A stretch of DNA of 32,000 nucleotides, from NCBI GenBank assembly GCA_963675515.1, contig OY776328.1, positions 1,950,001 to 1,982,000 of the forward strand. Reading direction: 5' to 3'. The position numbers were made by a program, and so were the translations under genes. Positions 17,535 to 26,779 of this stretch are shown piece by piece. How positions within the stretch are numbered: the stretch's first letter is position 1; each line of letters opens with the position of its first letter. This DNA comes from Coprobacillaceae bacterium. Lineage in GTDB: Bacteria > Bacillota_I > Bacilli_A > Erysipelotrichales > Coprobacillaceae. The notes under the pieces are model-generated. The model was not told where the DNA came from. It saw only the letters and a list, made by a program, of their open reading frames with translations, and made no database searches.

Positions 17535-18241
17535 TAAACCATTCCCCCATCAACACTGATGACTTGTCCAGTAATATAACTCGCATTGTCGCTAGCCAAA
17601 AAGCTTACTGTCTTCGCCACATCTTCCACAGTTCCAAAGCGTTGCATTGGAATATTCTTCATAATGTTCTGTTTCTGTTCGTCATTCAATTCATCGGTCA
17701 TGTCCGATTGGATGAAACCAGGCGCCACGCAGTTGACCGTGATGTTGCGGGTAGCAACTTCCTTGGCCAACGATTTCGAGAAACCGATCACGCCAGCTTT
17801 GCTTGCTGCGTAGTTGCATTGTCCGGCATTGCCGGTGATTCCAACAACCGAAGAGATGTTGATAATCTTGCCGAAACGTTTCTTCATCATCGGTTTTACC
17901 GCGGCCTTGCACATGTTGTAGACACCTTTTAGATTGGTGTTGATGACCATGTCGAAATCTTCCTCTTTCATTCTCATCAACAGGCCATCACGGGTAATTC
18001 CCGCATTGTTTACCAGGACATCGATTTTTCCTTCTGCCGCCACTACTTCATCAATCATTCTTGAACAATCTTCCAGTGACGCGATATCACCCTTGATTGT
18101 CTTTACATGATCGCTTGTCTCAACATCAATGGTTGAACGATAATTATAGTACACGATATAACCTTCGCCTGTTAGATGATCGGCGATAGCTCTGCCGATA
18201 CCGCGAGTGGCACCTGTTACTAATGCTACTTTGTCTGCCAT
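17534..18241 (-). CDS. fabG: 3-oxoacyl-ACP reductase (SDR)
   Basis: 235 aa. Contains TGATRGIGRAIA, NNAGITRD, the YAASKAG catalytic Y-x3-K, and ITVNCVAPGFI. Confidence 0.9.
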   Translation of the reverse strand: MADKVALVTGATRGIGRAIADHLTGEGYIVYYNYRSTIDVETSDHVKTIKGDIASLEDCSRMIDEVVAAEGKIDVLVNNAGITRDGLLMRMKEEDFDMVINTNLKGVYNMCKAAVKPMMKKRFGKIINISSVVGITGNAGQCNYAASKAGVIGFSKSLAKEVATRNITVNCVAPGFIQSDMTDELNDEQKQNIMKNIPMQRFGTVEDVAKTVSFLASDNASYITGQVISVDGGMV

Positions 18242-19146
18242 AATTCAATTACCTTTTCTAAACTTTCTTGATCCACAATCGAATATGTATTCAATTTGCG
18301 ATCAACCTTTTTAACAAAATTGCTCAATGTCTTGTTCGGTCCGATTTCAACGAAAGTGTCCACTCCCTGGCTTACCAGATAGTTCAGCGTCTTTTCGAAT
18401 TGAACCGGTTCTTTGACCTGGCGCGCCAACAAGTCCTTGACTTCACCAAATACCAGCGGTTGACCGGTCGTGTTCATTATCACCGGAATGCTGTTTTCAT
18501 TGAAAGTCACCGTTTCAAACTTCCCTTTAAGATCAAGGCTTGCCTGTTCTAAAAGTTTGGTATGGAAAGGGCCTGAGGTGTTAAGCTCGATCAGACGTTT
18601 GATTTTGCCATCAGCCAGTTCCTTGAACTGGTCGATTGCCTGCACCTCTCCTGCCACCACGTATTGGCCAGGACAGTTGTAGTTCGAAATTGCCAGATAA
18701 CCGGCGTCGACTTGGCCGATCAGTTCACTTATCAGCTCCACATCAGGAGTCAGGCACGCTACCATCTTCGACTCTATTCCTTTTACGGCGTTGGTCATGG
18801 CCACCCCGCGAAAACGCGTCAAGTCGATAACTGTCAAGTCATCGAAGACATCTGCATAATAAAGCGCCGAATATTCTCCTAGTGAAAGTCCGCAAGTGTA
18901 ATCTGCCTTGACACCGGCTTTTTCGAGCAAGCGGGTAACCATGATATGGTATGCCACCAGACAAGGCTGGGTGAACTCGGTTTCACTCAATGTTTCCAAT
19001 GGCCCTTCGAACATCAGTTTCTTAAGATCGAAATCGATCTCGACATTGTCCAGGAACTCTTTTGAATCTTCATTGCTTTGGTAGAACGATTGTCCCATCC
19101 CCACCAATTGCGATCCCTGGCCCGAATATAAGAATGCTACTTTCAT
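18226..19146 (-). CDS. fabD: Malonyl-CoA:ACP transacylase
   Basis: 306 aa. Contains FLYSGQGSQ, the GLSLGEYSA active-site serine, and SGPFHT. Confidence 0.92.
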   Translation of the reverse strand: MKVAFLYSGQGSQLVGMGQSFYQSNEDSKEFLDNVEIDFDLKKLMFEGPLETLSETEFTQPCLVAYHIMVTRLLEKAGVKADYTCGLSLGEYSALYYADVFDDLTVIDLTRFRGVAMTNAVKGIESKMVACLTPDVELISELIGQVDAGYLAISNYNCPGQYVVAGEVQAIDQFKELADGKIKRLIELNTSGPFHTKLLEQASLDLKGKFETVTFNENSIPVIMNTTGQPLVFGEVKDLLARQVKEPVQFEKTLNYLVSQGVDTFVEIGPNKTLSNFVKKVDRKLNTYSIVDQESLEKVIELWQTK

Positions 19147-20180
19147 TTGTAATCCCCCATCAATTCATCAATCAATTGTTTGACCGGAACGATCTCCGTG
19201 ATCCGATATCCGTTGACACCACTGAAAACCAGTCCGTTTTCGATGTCGCCGTTGACAGCATTGACCAACGCCTGGGAAATGCAATAAGGCGTGTCAGGAT
19301 AATTGCAAGGAATCAGACAATTCGTGCATGTGACGATGTCCGGTTTTCTTTCTTTCAATGCCTTGGTGAATTTGGTGTTGATGCAACGTCCGTCAAGACC
19401 CACCGGAGAGATGACAAAATCGATATCCTCTTTTGAAGCGTCGACGAACACCTGCTTGAAAGCATCGCTGGCATCACATTCATCGGTCGCGATGAAACGG
19501 GTCGCCATTTGGACTCCGCTTGCTCCTAGATCCATGAAATGTTTGATGTCCTCCTTGTCATAGATGCCCCCGGCCACGAAAACGGGGATATCAAGTTCCT
19601 TTTTCTTCAAAAGGTCAAGACAGTCTTTAAGGATGTCTTCTAGAGGCTGGATGTTTCCAGTCGCTATGTCTTTTTTCGAGAAGCCAAGATGACCCCCGGC
19701 TTTGAAACCTTCGATAACGATGAAATCAGGCAGGCGGTTGGCTTTTTTTAGCCAGGCGCGCATGATCAGATTCAATGCTTTGGCCGAAGAAACGATCGGT
19801 GCCAGTGCGACATCGGCGTCCCCGACAAGTTCAGGCAATCCCAAAGGCAAACCTGCCCCGGAAATGATGGCATCGATACCGGCTTCGACAGCGGTTGTGA
19901 TCATCTGTTTGTAATCGGTACCCGCAACCATGGCGTTGATGGCAACCATCCCGTTGCCCTTTGAAATTTCCTTGGCTTTTTTGATTTCCTCTTTCAAAGC
20001 ATCAATGTTCTTATCAAACTGGCTCCGCTTTGAAAAATCGCGGAAGCCGATCTGTGCAGTTGAAATTACCCCCATGCAGTTGTTTAAGGCGACATTTCCC
20101 GCAAGTCTCGATAAGGAAACACCAACCCCCATTCCACCTTGAATCAAAGGCAGAATGGTCTTTGAACGAATTTTAACCAT
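19143..20180 (-). CDS. Nitronate monooxygenase-family flavoprotein, FabK-like paralog with a C-terminal four-Cys motif
   Basis: 345 aa. Contains PLIQGGMGVGVS, EGFKAGGHLG and VFVAGGI (FMN TIM barrel of COG2070), plus CTNCLIPCNYPDTPYC (CX2CX3CX7C, nt 19281-19328), which is absent from the adjacent canonical FabK. Confidence 0.8.
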   Translation of the reverse strand: MVKIRSKTILPLIQGGMGVGVSLSRLAGNVALNNCMGVISTAQIGFRDFSKRSQFDKNIDALKEEIKKAKEISKGNGMVAINAMVAGTDYKQMITTAVEAGIDAIISGAGLPLGLPELVGDADVALAPIVSSAKALNLIMRAWLKKANRLPDFIVIEGFKAGGHLGFSKKDIATGNIQPLEDILKDCLDLLKKKELDIPVFVAGGIYDKEDIKHFMDLGASGVQMATRFIATDECDASDAFKQVFVDASKEDIDFVISPVGLDGRCINTKFTKALKERKPDIVTCTNCLIPCNYPDTPYCISQALVNAVNGDIENGLVFSGVNGYRITEIVPVKQLIDELMGDYK

Positions 20181-21117
20181 TTACGATTTCCTCAATATTC
20201 TGGTATTGTTGTTTACAATCTTTCATCAGTTTTTCAAAAACGTTTCCGATTGTGTCTAATTCTTCTATCATTCCGGCAACTTGGCCAGCCATCAGCGAAC
20301 CTTCTTTGGCATTCCCTTCCTTGACCGCTTTACGAAGCGACCCTAGTGTGAATGATTCCAGTTCCATCATCGTTTTACCTTCTTTTTCCAGCTTGACATA
20401 TTCTTTGGTCATTGGATTCTTGATCGAACGAACAGGTGTACCTGCGATTCTTCCGGTTACGATTGTTGAAGTGTCTTTGGCTTTCAAAATTGCCTGTTTG
20501 TAATTTTCATGGATCGGACACTCATAAGTTCCAAGCAAAATAGTCCCCACCTGGACTCCGATTGCCCCTAAAGCGAATGCAGCAAGCATCTGGGCTCCTG
20601 AAGCGATTCCCCCAGCAGCGATGACCGGCAACTTAACTTCCTTGATCACCTGTGGCACCAAGGCCATGGTTGTCAGCTCCCCGATATGTCCTCCGGCTTC
20701 GGTTCCTTCGACGATGATTCCATCGACTCCCAAACCTTCCATCCTTTTGGCCAGTGCCACAGATGGAACTACCGGAAATATCTTGATCCCGTTTTCTTTG
20801 AATTTTTCGATATATTTGGCCGGGTTTCCCGCACCGGTAGTGACGATCTTGACCCCTTTGGCGATCAAAACATCAACCAAAGCGTCGCAGTGAGGGTTCA
20901 TCAGCATGATATTGACACCAAATGGCTTGTCAGTGACTGATTTGGCAATCTCGATTTCCCTTTCCAGACCGATCGGATCAAGCGATCCGGCTGCAATAAG
21001 ACCTAGTCCGCCTGCATTAGCGACTTGCGCCGCGAATTCTCCCGTAGCGATATTTGCCATACCACCCTGGATGATTGGATATTTAATGTTTAATAACTTA
21101 TCTAAGCGCGTATTCAA
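20173..21117 (-). CDS. fabK: Enoyl-ACP reductase II (FMN-dependent)
   Basis: Contains LLNIKYPIIQGGMANIATGEFAAQVANAGGLG, VEGTEAGGHIG and VIAAGGIA, the FabK signature. I prefer TTG 21117, which has GGGGAGG 8 nt upstream and a 20-nt overlap with fabH, over the track ATG at 21156, which has a 59-nt overlap and adds 13 aa not seen in the FabK N-termini I recall. The start is uncertain. Confidence 0.85.
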   Translation of the reverse strand: MNTRLDKLLNIKYPIIQGGMANIATGEFAAQVANAGGLGLIAAGSLDPIGLEREIEIAKSVTDKPFGVNIMLMNPHCDALVDVLIAKGVKIVTTGAGNPAKYIEKFKENGIKIFPVVPSVALAKRMEGLGVDGIIVEGTEAGGHIGELTTMALVPQVIKEVKLPVIAAGGIASGAQMLAAFALGAIGVQVGTILLGTYECPIHENYKQAILKAKDTSTIVTGRIAGTPVRSIKNPMTKEYVKLEKEGKTMMELESFTLGSLRKAVKEGNAKEGSLMAGQVAGMIEELDTIGNVFEKLMKDCKQQYQNIEEIVNG

Positions 21118-22024
21118 CGATACAACCTCCCCATGTAAGACCTCCGCCAAAGCCAATCATCATTACTTTGCCAGCGGTCAGTTTCTTTTCCTTTTGTAAT
21201 CTGTCAAAAGCCAGCGGGATGCTTGCTCCTGATGTATTTCCCACATTGGCGATGTAGGAAACGAATTTGTCATGATGCTCGCCATACTTTCTGGCCACCG
21301 ATTCGATGATGCGGTCGTTGGCCTGATGCAAGACCACGTAGTCGATGTCTTCCATTGTCAGATTGTTGCTTTTTAAAAGATTTTCGATTGTCGCAGGTAC
21401 GATCCGCACCGCGAACTTGAAGATATCCTGTCCGGCCATTTTCAATTTGGCACCTTCACAAGTGGCCAGATTCAATGAATCTATATTGCCTTTGTAACCG
21501 ACATGACTTTTGTAGTCACATTCGCTTCTTCCAACGACAACCGCTCCGGCACCGTCACCAAACAGGATGCAGGTCGAACGGTCAGTGAAGTCGACCGCCT
21601 TTGTGAGTTTTTCAACCCCGATGACAAGCGCCAGCTCGTCACTTTCAAGCATCTTGCTTGCCACGTTGAGACCATAAACAAAGCCCGAACATGCGGCCGA
21701 TAAATCAAAAACCATGACTCCATCATTTTCAATCCCCAATTCGCCAGCAATAATACTAGCACAAGATGGCGTAAAATAATCCGGTGTCATGGTGGCAACA
21801 ATTACATATTTTATTTTACTCTTATCAATTCCATCAAGACAAGGAATGCTCGCTTTGACAGCCATATCAATAGCCGATTCTTCGATTGCCTGATGTCTAG
21901 AGATAATTCCGGTTCTTTGACGAATCCATTCGTCGTTGGTGTCAACCATCTTCTCAAGGTCGAAATTTGTGATTACGTTCTCTGGAAGATAAGAACCTGA
22001 TTTAATTATTTTTAGTCCTGCCAT
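21098..22024 (-). CDS. fabH: Beta-ketoacyl-ACP synthase III
   Basis: 308 aa. Contains the AACSGF active-site Cys, HQAN, GNTSGASIP and GFGGGLTWG. Confidence 0.92.
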   Translation of the reverse strand: MAGLKIIKSGSYLPENVITNFDLEKMVDTNDEWIRQRTGIISRHQAIEESAIDMAVKASIPCLDGIDKSKIKYVIVATMTPDYFTPSCASIIAGELGIENDGVMVFDLSAACSGFVYGLNVASKMLESDELALVIGVEKLTKAVDFTDRSTCILFGDGAGAVVVGRSECDYKSHVGYKGNIDSLNLATCEGAKLKMAGQDIFKFAVRIVPATIENLLKSNNLTMEDIDYVVLHQANDRIIESVARKYGEHHDKFVSYIANVGNTSGASIPLAFDRLQKEKKLTAGKVMMIGFGGGLTWGGCIVEYALR

Positions 22025-22032
22025 TTTTACCT

Positions 22033-22500
22033 CTACACTAAATTATCTAATGAACCAATTAAGGCATCTAAAGATCTGATCAATACTTTAACATCGACTT
22101 CACTGGTGTGTCTGGCGACAAGTTCATTGAGCTGGCTGTGGAAATTGCCATGGATGTTCATGACCGCCATGCCCTTTTTGGTCAAAGAGAAATAGCTCAC
22201 CCGGCGGTCCGAGCGCGAACGCTCCCGCTTGATGTAGCCCAGATTCTCGAGCTTTTTCAACTCGACGGACATCGTCCCTTTGGTTATCTTGTTTCTTGTA
22301 AGACTTGTCACGTTCGCCAGCGAAGACAATGTTGGCTTATTGGAAAGAGCAATCGTTTCGATGATATGGATGTCCTGCACCGATATGTCGTCAACCCCAT
22401 GATCAATTAAATATTTCTTTTGAGCGTTCATGATCTGCGCATACAGAATCATGAACTGCTCTATTACCTGACCTCGATCCTCAATCAATTCATAGTCCAT
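22033..22500 (-). CDS. fabT: MarR family regulator, FabT-like fatty-acid synthesis repressor
   Basis: 155 aa with a MarR wHTH (LENLGYIKRERSRSDRRVSYFSLTKKG). It sits 8 nt upstream of fabH, as in streptococcal and lactococcal fab clusters. By eye it resembles the FabT sequence as I recall it (MDY...; DIS..E.H.I..I...; L..LE..GYI.R.RS..DRRV...LTKKG). Confidence 0.7.
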   Translation of the reverse strand: MDYELIEDRGQVIEQFMILYAQIMNAQKKYLIDHGVDDISVQDIHIIETIALSNKPTLSSLANVTSLTRNKITKGTMSVELKKLENLGYIKRERSRSDRRVSYFSLTKKGMAVMNIHGNFHSQLNELVARHTSEVDVKVLIRSLDALIGSLDNLV

Positions 22501-23285
22501 TAATATTTCCTAAACCTTTCGTATCGATTGTTCAACAAGGTTTTCTTGTCCAATTTGGATAATGTTTGGATTTCCTGAGACAGGTAATTGCCGATTTTAT
22601 CATATACGAAATTATTTGAATTAAGATCACCTTCTGGAATGATTTTTTCGATGATCCCCTGTTCGAAAAGATCAAGGGCGGTCAGTTTCATCAATTCAGC
22701 CGCTTCTTCTTTGCGGCTGCCGTCCTTGTCCTTGAAAAGAATCGCGGCAAAGCCTTCGGGTGAAAGGATCGAATAGACCGCATTTTCAAGCATCACCACC
22801 TGGTCGCATACACCAAACGCCAGAGCGCCGCCGCTGCCACCTTCACCGATTATGATCGAGATCTTTGGAACCGTGTAATTGAAAGAATCTTCAATACATC
22901 TGGCGATTGCCTCACCGATTCCCTTTTGTTCGCTCTCCACTCCAGGATAAGCGCCCGGCGTGTCGATAAACGAGATGATCGGCCGGTTGAACTTGTTGGC
23001 CTGTTGCATCAGGCGCAACGCCTTTCGATAGCCCGATGGCGACCCCATCCCGAAATTGGCTTTCAGGTTGGAATCGAGGTCGTGGCCTTTCAGGTGTCCA
23101 ACGATCGTGACAGGCTGGTTGTTCAAAAATGCGATGCCACCAATGATTGCACTGTCATCACCGCCGCAACGGTCACCTTTTAGCTCGATGAAATCATCGA
23201 AAATATTGTTGATATAATCATAAATGTTCGGGCGCTTAAGATCGCGCGCCTTTTCTACTTTTTCAAATCTACCCATGTCTGACAC
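22500..23285 (-). CDS. accA: Acetyl-CoA carboxylase carboxyltransferase alpha subunit
   Basis: 261 aa. Contains RP...DYI...FDDFIELKGDR, FIDTPGAYPG..SE..G...AIA and GEGGSGGALA. Confidence 0.9.
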   Translation of the reverse strand: MSDMGRFEKVEKARDLKRPNIYDYINNIFDDFIELKGDRCGGDDSAIIGGIAFLNNQPVTIVGHLKGHDLDSNLKANFGMGSPSGYRKALRLMQQANKFNRPIISFIDTPGAYPGVESEQKGIGEAIARCIEDSFNYTVPKISIIIGEGGSGGALAFGVCDQVVMLENAVYSILSPEGFAAILFKDKDGSRKEEAAELMKLTALDLFEQGIIEKIIPEGDLNSNNFVYDKIGNYLSQEIQTLSKLDKKTLLNNRYERFRKY

Positions 23286-24138
23286 CTTGATGCATCGCCA
23301 AGATTTTTTCCAATGTATGCTTGCATTTGCTTCTTTCCAAAATCAGGTCGATGAATCCCGCATCCATATTATACTTGGTTGTCTGGAAATCATCTGGCAA
23401 CTTCTGCTTGATGGTCGACGCGATAACCCTTTGGCCCGCAAAACCGTACATGGCAAATGGTTCCCCGATCACGATATCTCCCACTGGAGCGAACGATGCC
23501 GACACTCCTCCATATGTAGGATGAGTGATGTAGGAAACATACAACAGATTTGCCGCCTTGAATCTGGCCAGCGCCCCGTTGATCTTCGCCATCTGCATCA
23601 AGGAAAAAATACCTTCTTGCATTCTTGCTCCACCACTGGTAGTGAAAATTATCAGTGGCAGTTTCTTTTTTAAAGCGTACTCGATCGCCTTGGTGATTTT
23701 CTCACCGACAATGGAACCCATAGATCCCATCATGAAGCGATTGTCCATAACGCATACTACACATCTTATTTTACCAATATGCCCGGTTGAGCAGACAACT
23801 GCCTCATCAAGCTTGGTCTTTTGTTTCAAATCATCAATCTTTTCACTGTATCCTGGAAAGTCCAAAGGATTTGGAGCTTCCCTGGTCGTGAAAAGCACCC
23901 TGTAGCGGCCGTCATATATCATATCCATGCGCTCATAGGCGTTCATTGGCAAATGGAAACCGCAACTTGGACAAACATTGTTCTTGTAGGAAACCGAAGT
24001 CTGGATTTCGCCGCAATTCGGGCATTTTTTAAACAGATCCTCGGGAATCTCTCGGGTATTCTTGTTTTTGCGGTCGCGTTGGCGCAAATTCTTGAAAATA
24101 CTCAGTTTGTCTTTTTGTTTCTTAAAGCTTTTTTCCAA
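23269..24138 (-). CDS. accD: Acetyl-CoA carboxylase carboxyltransferase beta subunit
   Basis: 289 aa. Has the N-terminal zinc ribbon CPNCGE...CPSCGFH, then F.MGSMGSVVGEK-type and SGGARMQEG motifs. Confidence 0.9.
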   Translation of the reverse strand: MEKSFKKQKDKLSIFKNLRQRDRKNKNTREIPEDLFKKCPNCGEIQTSVSYKNNVCPSCGFHLPMNAYERMDMIYDGRYRVLFTTREAPNPLDFPGYSEKIDDLKQKTKLDEAVVCSTGHIGKIRCVVCVMDNRFMMGSMGSIVGEKITKAIEYALKKKLPLIIFTTSGGARMQEGIFSLMQMAKINGALARFKAANLLYVSYITHPTYGGVSASFAPVGDIVIGEPFAMYGFAGQRVIASTIKQKLPDDFQTTKYNMDAGFIDLILERSKCKHTLEKILAMHQGVRHG

Positions 24139-24140
24139 TT

Positions 24141-25502
24141 TTATTCAGCCCCTTCTTGGAGATATTCATCAATGTGAGCTTCGATAAAACCTGTATCGAA
24201 ATTGCCTTTGACATAGTCCTTGGAGTGCATGATCATATACAACAGCTCCTGATTCGTTGTAAAACCGGTGATGACCAGTTCCTCCAAAGCCCGGCGCATT
24301 TTGCGGATGGCTTCAAGACGGGTCGAACCATGGACAATGATTTTGGCAACCATGGAATCGTAGAAAGGCGAAACCCGGTAACCTTGATACAGCAAGCTGT
24401 CGATGCGAACCCCAAACCCACCTGGGAAGTGGAGATTTTCAACCCGGCCTGGTGTCGGGATGAATCCCTTGCGAAAATCCTCCGCATTGATCCGGCATTC
24501 GATGGCAACGCCATTGAATTTGACTTGTTCCTGGGTCAGGGCGAGCTTCAGATTGGCCTCAACCCGGATCTGTTCCCTGACGATGTCGATACCGGTGATC
24601 ATTTCCGTGATCGGATGTTCGACCTGGATTCTTGTATTCATTTCAATGAAGTAGAATTCGCCGTTGACATAGACAAACTCGACTGTTCCGGCATTGGTAT
24701 AGTCAGCCGCTTTGGCCGCATTTATTGCCGCTAGCCCCATTTGTTCGCGAAGTTCCGGTGTAAGCACGCAGCTAGGCGCTTCCTCGATTATTTTCTGGTT
24801 GCGGCGTTGGATTGAACAATCACGCTCACCAAGGTGGATGACATTGCCGAAGTGGTCTGCTAAAATCTGGATCTCGATATGTTTTGGATTCAAGATCAGC
24901 TTTTCAAGATAGACTTCGTCATTCAAGAAGCACTGTTTGGCTTCCAGTTTGGCCTGGTTGTAAGCCGATTCCATCTCGCTTTCGTCATGGGCGATGCGCA
25001 TCCCGCGTCCACCGCCACCGGCGCTTGCCTTGATCAGGATCGGATATCCGACCTCGAGGGCAATCTCCTTTGCTTCACTTAGCGATTTCAATGGTGCCAG
25101 CGAACCTGGAACAACCGGAACATTCCCGGCTATCATCAGGGTCCGCGCTGCCATCTTGTTTCCTAATGCGTTGATCGAAGCGGCGCTTGGCCCGATGAAA
25201 ACCAGACCGCAGGCTTCAACCATCTCGACAAAATCCGCGTTTTCCGATAAAAAACCAAATCCCGGGTGGATGGCGTCACATCCGGTAGCCATAGCCACCT
25301 GGATGATCCGATCCATTTTCAAGTAAGATTCACTTGATTTGCTTGGCCCGATACATACTGCCTGGGTCGCCAACTGGACATGAAGACAGTCGCGATCACT
25401 GGTAGAGTAGATCGCCACTGTTTCGATTCCCATCTCGTGGCAAGTCCGGATGATGCGAACCGCAATTTCCCCGCGATTGGCAATTAATATTTTTTTAAAC
25501 AT
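24141..25502 (-). CDS. accC: Biotin carboxylase
   Basis: 453 aa. Contains KILIANRGEIAVRIIRTC, HPGFGFLSEN, the ATP-grasp KASAGGGGRGMR, and EMNTRIQVEHPITE. Confidence 0.95.
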   Translation of the reverse strand: MFKKILIANRGEIAVRIIRTCHEMGIETVAIYSTSDRDCLHVQLATQAVCIGPSKSSESYLKMDRIIQVAMATGCDAIHPGFGFLSENADFVEMVEACGLVFIGPSAASINALGNKMAARTLMIAGNVPVVPGSLAPLKSLSEAKEIALEVGYPILIKASAGGGGRGMRIAHDESEMESAYNQAKLEAKQCFLNDEVYLEKLILNPKHIEIQILADHFGNVIHLGERDCSIQRRNQKIIEEAPSCVLTPELREQMGLAAINAAKAADYTNAGTVEFVYVNGEFYFIEMNTRIQVEHPITEMITGIDIVREQIRVEANLKLALTQEQVKFNGVAIECRINAEDFRKGFIPTPGRVENLHFPGGFGVRIDSLLYQGYRVSPFYDSMVAKIIVHGSTRLEAIRKMRRALEELVITGFTTNQELLYMIMHSKDYVKGNFDTGFIEAHIDEYLQEGAE

Positions 25503-25960
25503 TAACTGATCACCATAATTTCTTCGTCGAATTCGACTAAATCTTCATTCTTGCAATTTATTTTTGTGACTACTCCGCTTACTGGAGCTTTGATTTCATT
25601 CATGACTTTCATAGCTTCGATGATGCAGACTGTCTGTCCGGCTTCAACTCGCTGATTCAATTTTACAAACGGCTCGCTTTCAGGTGAGGCCGCATCATAA
25701 TAGATTCCCACTAAGGGTGAAATGACCGGTGTTCCGCTGATCGCTTCTTTTGCAGCTTCTACTGGTTCTGGATTGGCTTGGGTTTGAACAGGTTGATTGA
25801 TTGTTTCCGCCTTGTTTACAAAAGCAGGTTCAACTACTTTAACTTCATTAGTTGTAGTTGAACCCCCGCGAGAAACTTTCAATTTAAAATTACCATCTTC
25901 ATAATCGAAAGATGTAAAAGATGATTGTTCAAATAAATTTAAAAGTTCTTTAACTTCCAT
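25502..25960 (-). CDS. accB: Biotin carboxyl carrier protein
   Basis: 152 aa. A Pro/Ala-rich linker is followed by the biotinyl domain with the EAMKVMNEI biotin-lysine motif. Confidence 0.9.
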   Translation of the reverse strand: MEVKELLNLFEQSSFTSFDYEDGNFKLKVSRGGSTTTNEVKVVEPAFVNKAETINQPVQTQANPEPVEAAKEAISGTPVISPLVGIYYDAASPESEPFVKLNQRVEAGQTVCIIEAMKVMNEIKAPVSGVVTKINCKNEDLVEFDEEIMVIS

Positions 25961-25962
25961 AA

Positions 25963-26190
25963 TTATTCTACAGATTCAATATATGAAGCGATGTCTTGAA
26001 CAGTCACGAATCCAGCCACTTTTTCATCAGGTATTTCAATATCGAATTCATCTTCCAAAGCCATTACCAATTCAACCGCATCTAAAGAATCAGCTTCAAG
26101 GTCTTCTTTCAAAGACGCTTCCAAAGTCACTTTGTCTTCATCACAGTTCAATGTTTCTACTAATACTTCTTTTAATTTTGAAAATTCCAT
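25963..26190 (-). CDS. acpP: Acyl carrier protein
   Basis: 75 aa, acidic, with the LEADSLDAVELVMALEDEF phosphopantetheine Ser (DSL) motif. Confidence 0.92.
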   Translation of the reverse strand: MEFSKLKEVLVETLNCDEDKVTLEASLKEDLEADSLDAVELVMALEDEFDIEIPDEKVAGFVTVQDIASYIESVE

Positions 26191-26201
26191 ATTTTTTCTC
26201 C

Positions 26202-26732
26202 TTAGTTTTTTCTAAATATAAAATTGATTTGGGTAAGTCTCGCTGTACATACCACAGCGCAACCAATTTTTAATAAATCGCCCAAAACAAACGGGTAAAC
26301 ACACAAATTAAGACTTTGAGCCAATGAGTAACCAGTCGAGAGCATGAAGCACTCGACCCCGATGATATAACAAACCGCGCTAGCTACCAGATAGCTTAGC
26401 ACTTTTACATACCATGAGTCATTGAAAGAAAGAGCGTAACTTATGATTCCCAGCATGATTGGGAAACTGATTAAAAATCCCCCGGTCGGTCCTAAAAGAT
26501 AGGCCAGACCGCCATTCATTGAGGCAAATACCGGCAAACCAATTGCCCCCATCAAAAGATACACCAAACCAACGACAATCGATTCTTTGACACGCATCAA
26601 AGTCGCAATTATCATTATCATCAGTGTCTGGGCGGTAATCGGAATTGGTCCGAGTTTGAACGATATCTGTGAAGCAAGAATCAATAATCCAACCATGATT
26701 CCGACGTTCACAACTTGCTTTGTATTCGTCAT
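26202..26732 (-). CDS. bioY: Biotin transporter BioY (ECF S-component)
   Basis: Contains PIPITAQTL, GLPVFA..GG..YLLGPTGGFLISFP and VLGDLLK in a multi-pass membrane protein. ATG 26732 is preceded by GAGGAGG; the track start at 26783 has no SD. Confidence 0.88.
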   Translation of the reverse strand: MTNTKQVVNVGIMVGLLILASQISFKLGPIPITAQTLMIMIIATLMRVKESIVVGLVYLLMGAIGLPVFASMNGGLAYLLGPTGGFLISFPIMLGIISYALSFNDSWYVKVLSYLVASAVCYIIGVECFMLSTGYSLAQSLNLCVYPFVLGDLLKIGCAVVCTARLTQINFIFRKN

Positions 26733-26750
26733 AAAATCCTCCTCGCAAAT

Positions 26751-26779
26751 ATGATAGCGAATAATTGTTTGGATGTCAA
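26751..26779 (-). promoter_or_regulatory. Sigma-A promoter of the bioY-acp-acc-fab-birA operon
   Basis: Minus strand reads TTGACA (26774-26779)-17 nt-TATCAT (26751-26756), about 20 nt upstream of the bioY SD. Confidence 0.6.

Noticed and set aside
21118-21156. The upstream ATG start for fabK given by the ORF track.
   Set aside because: It would overlap fabH by 59 nt and add 13 residues absent from the FabK N-termini I recall. TTG 21117 has a well-spaced GGGGAGG. The choice remains uncertain without an alignment.
22545-22571. Small palindrome TCCAATTTGGA and half-site TGTTTGGAT inside the accA 3' end, upstream of fabT.
   Set aside because: These are short, lie within coding sequence, and have no adjacent -10/-35. 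The half-site is noted under the FabT-operator finding but is not called as a feature.
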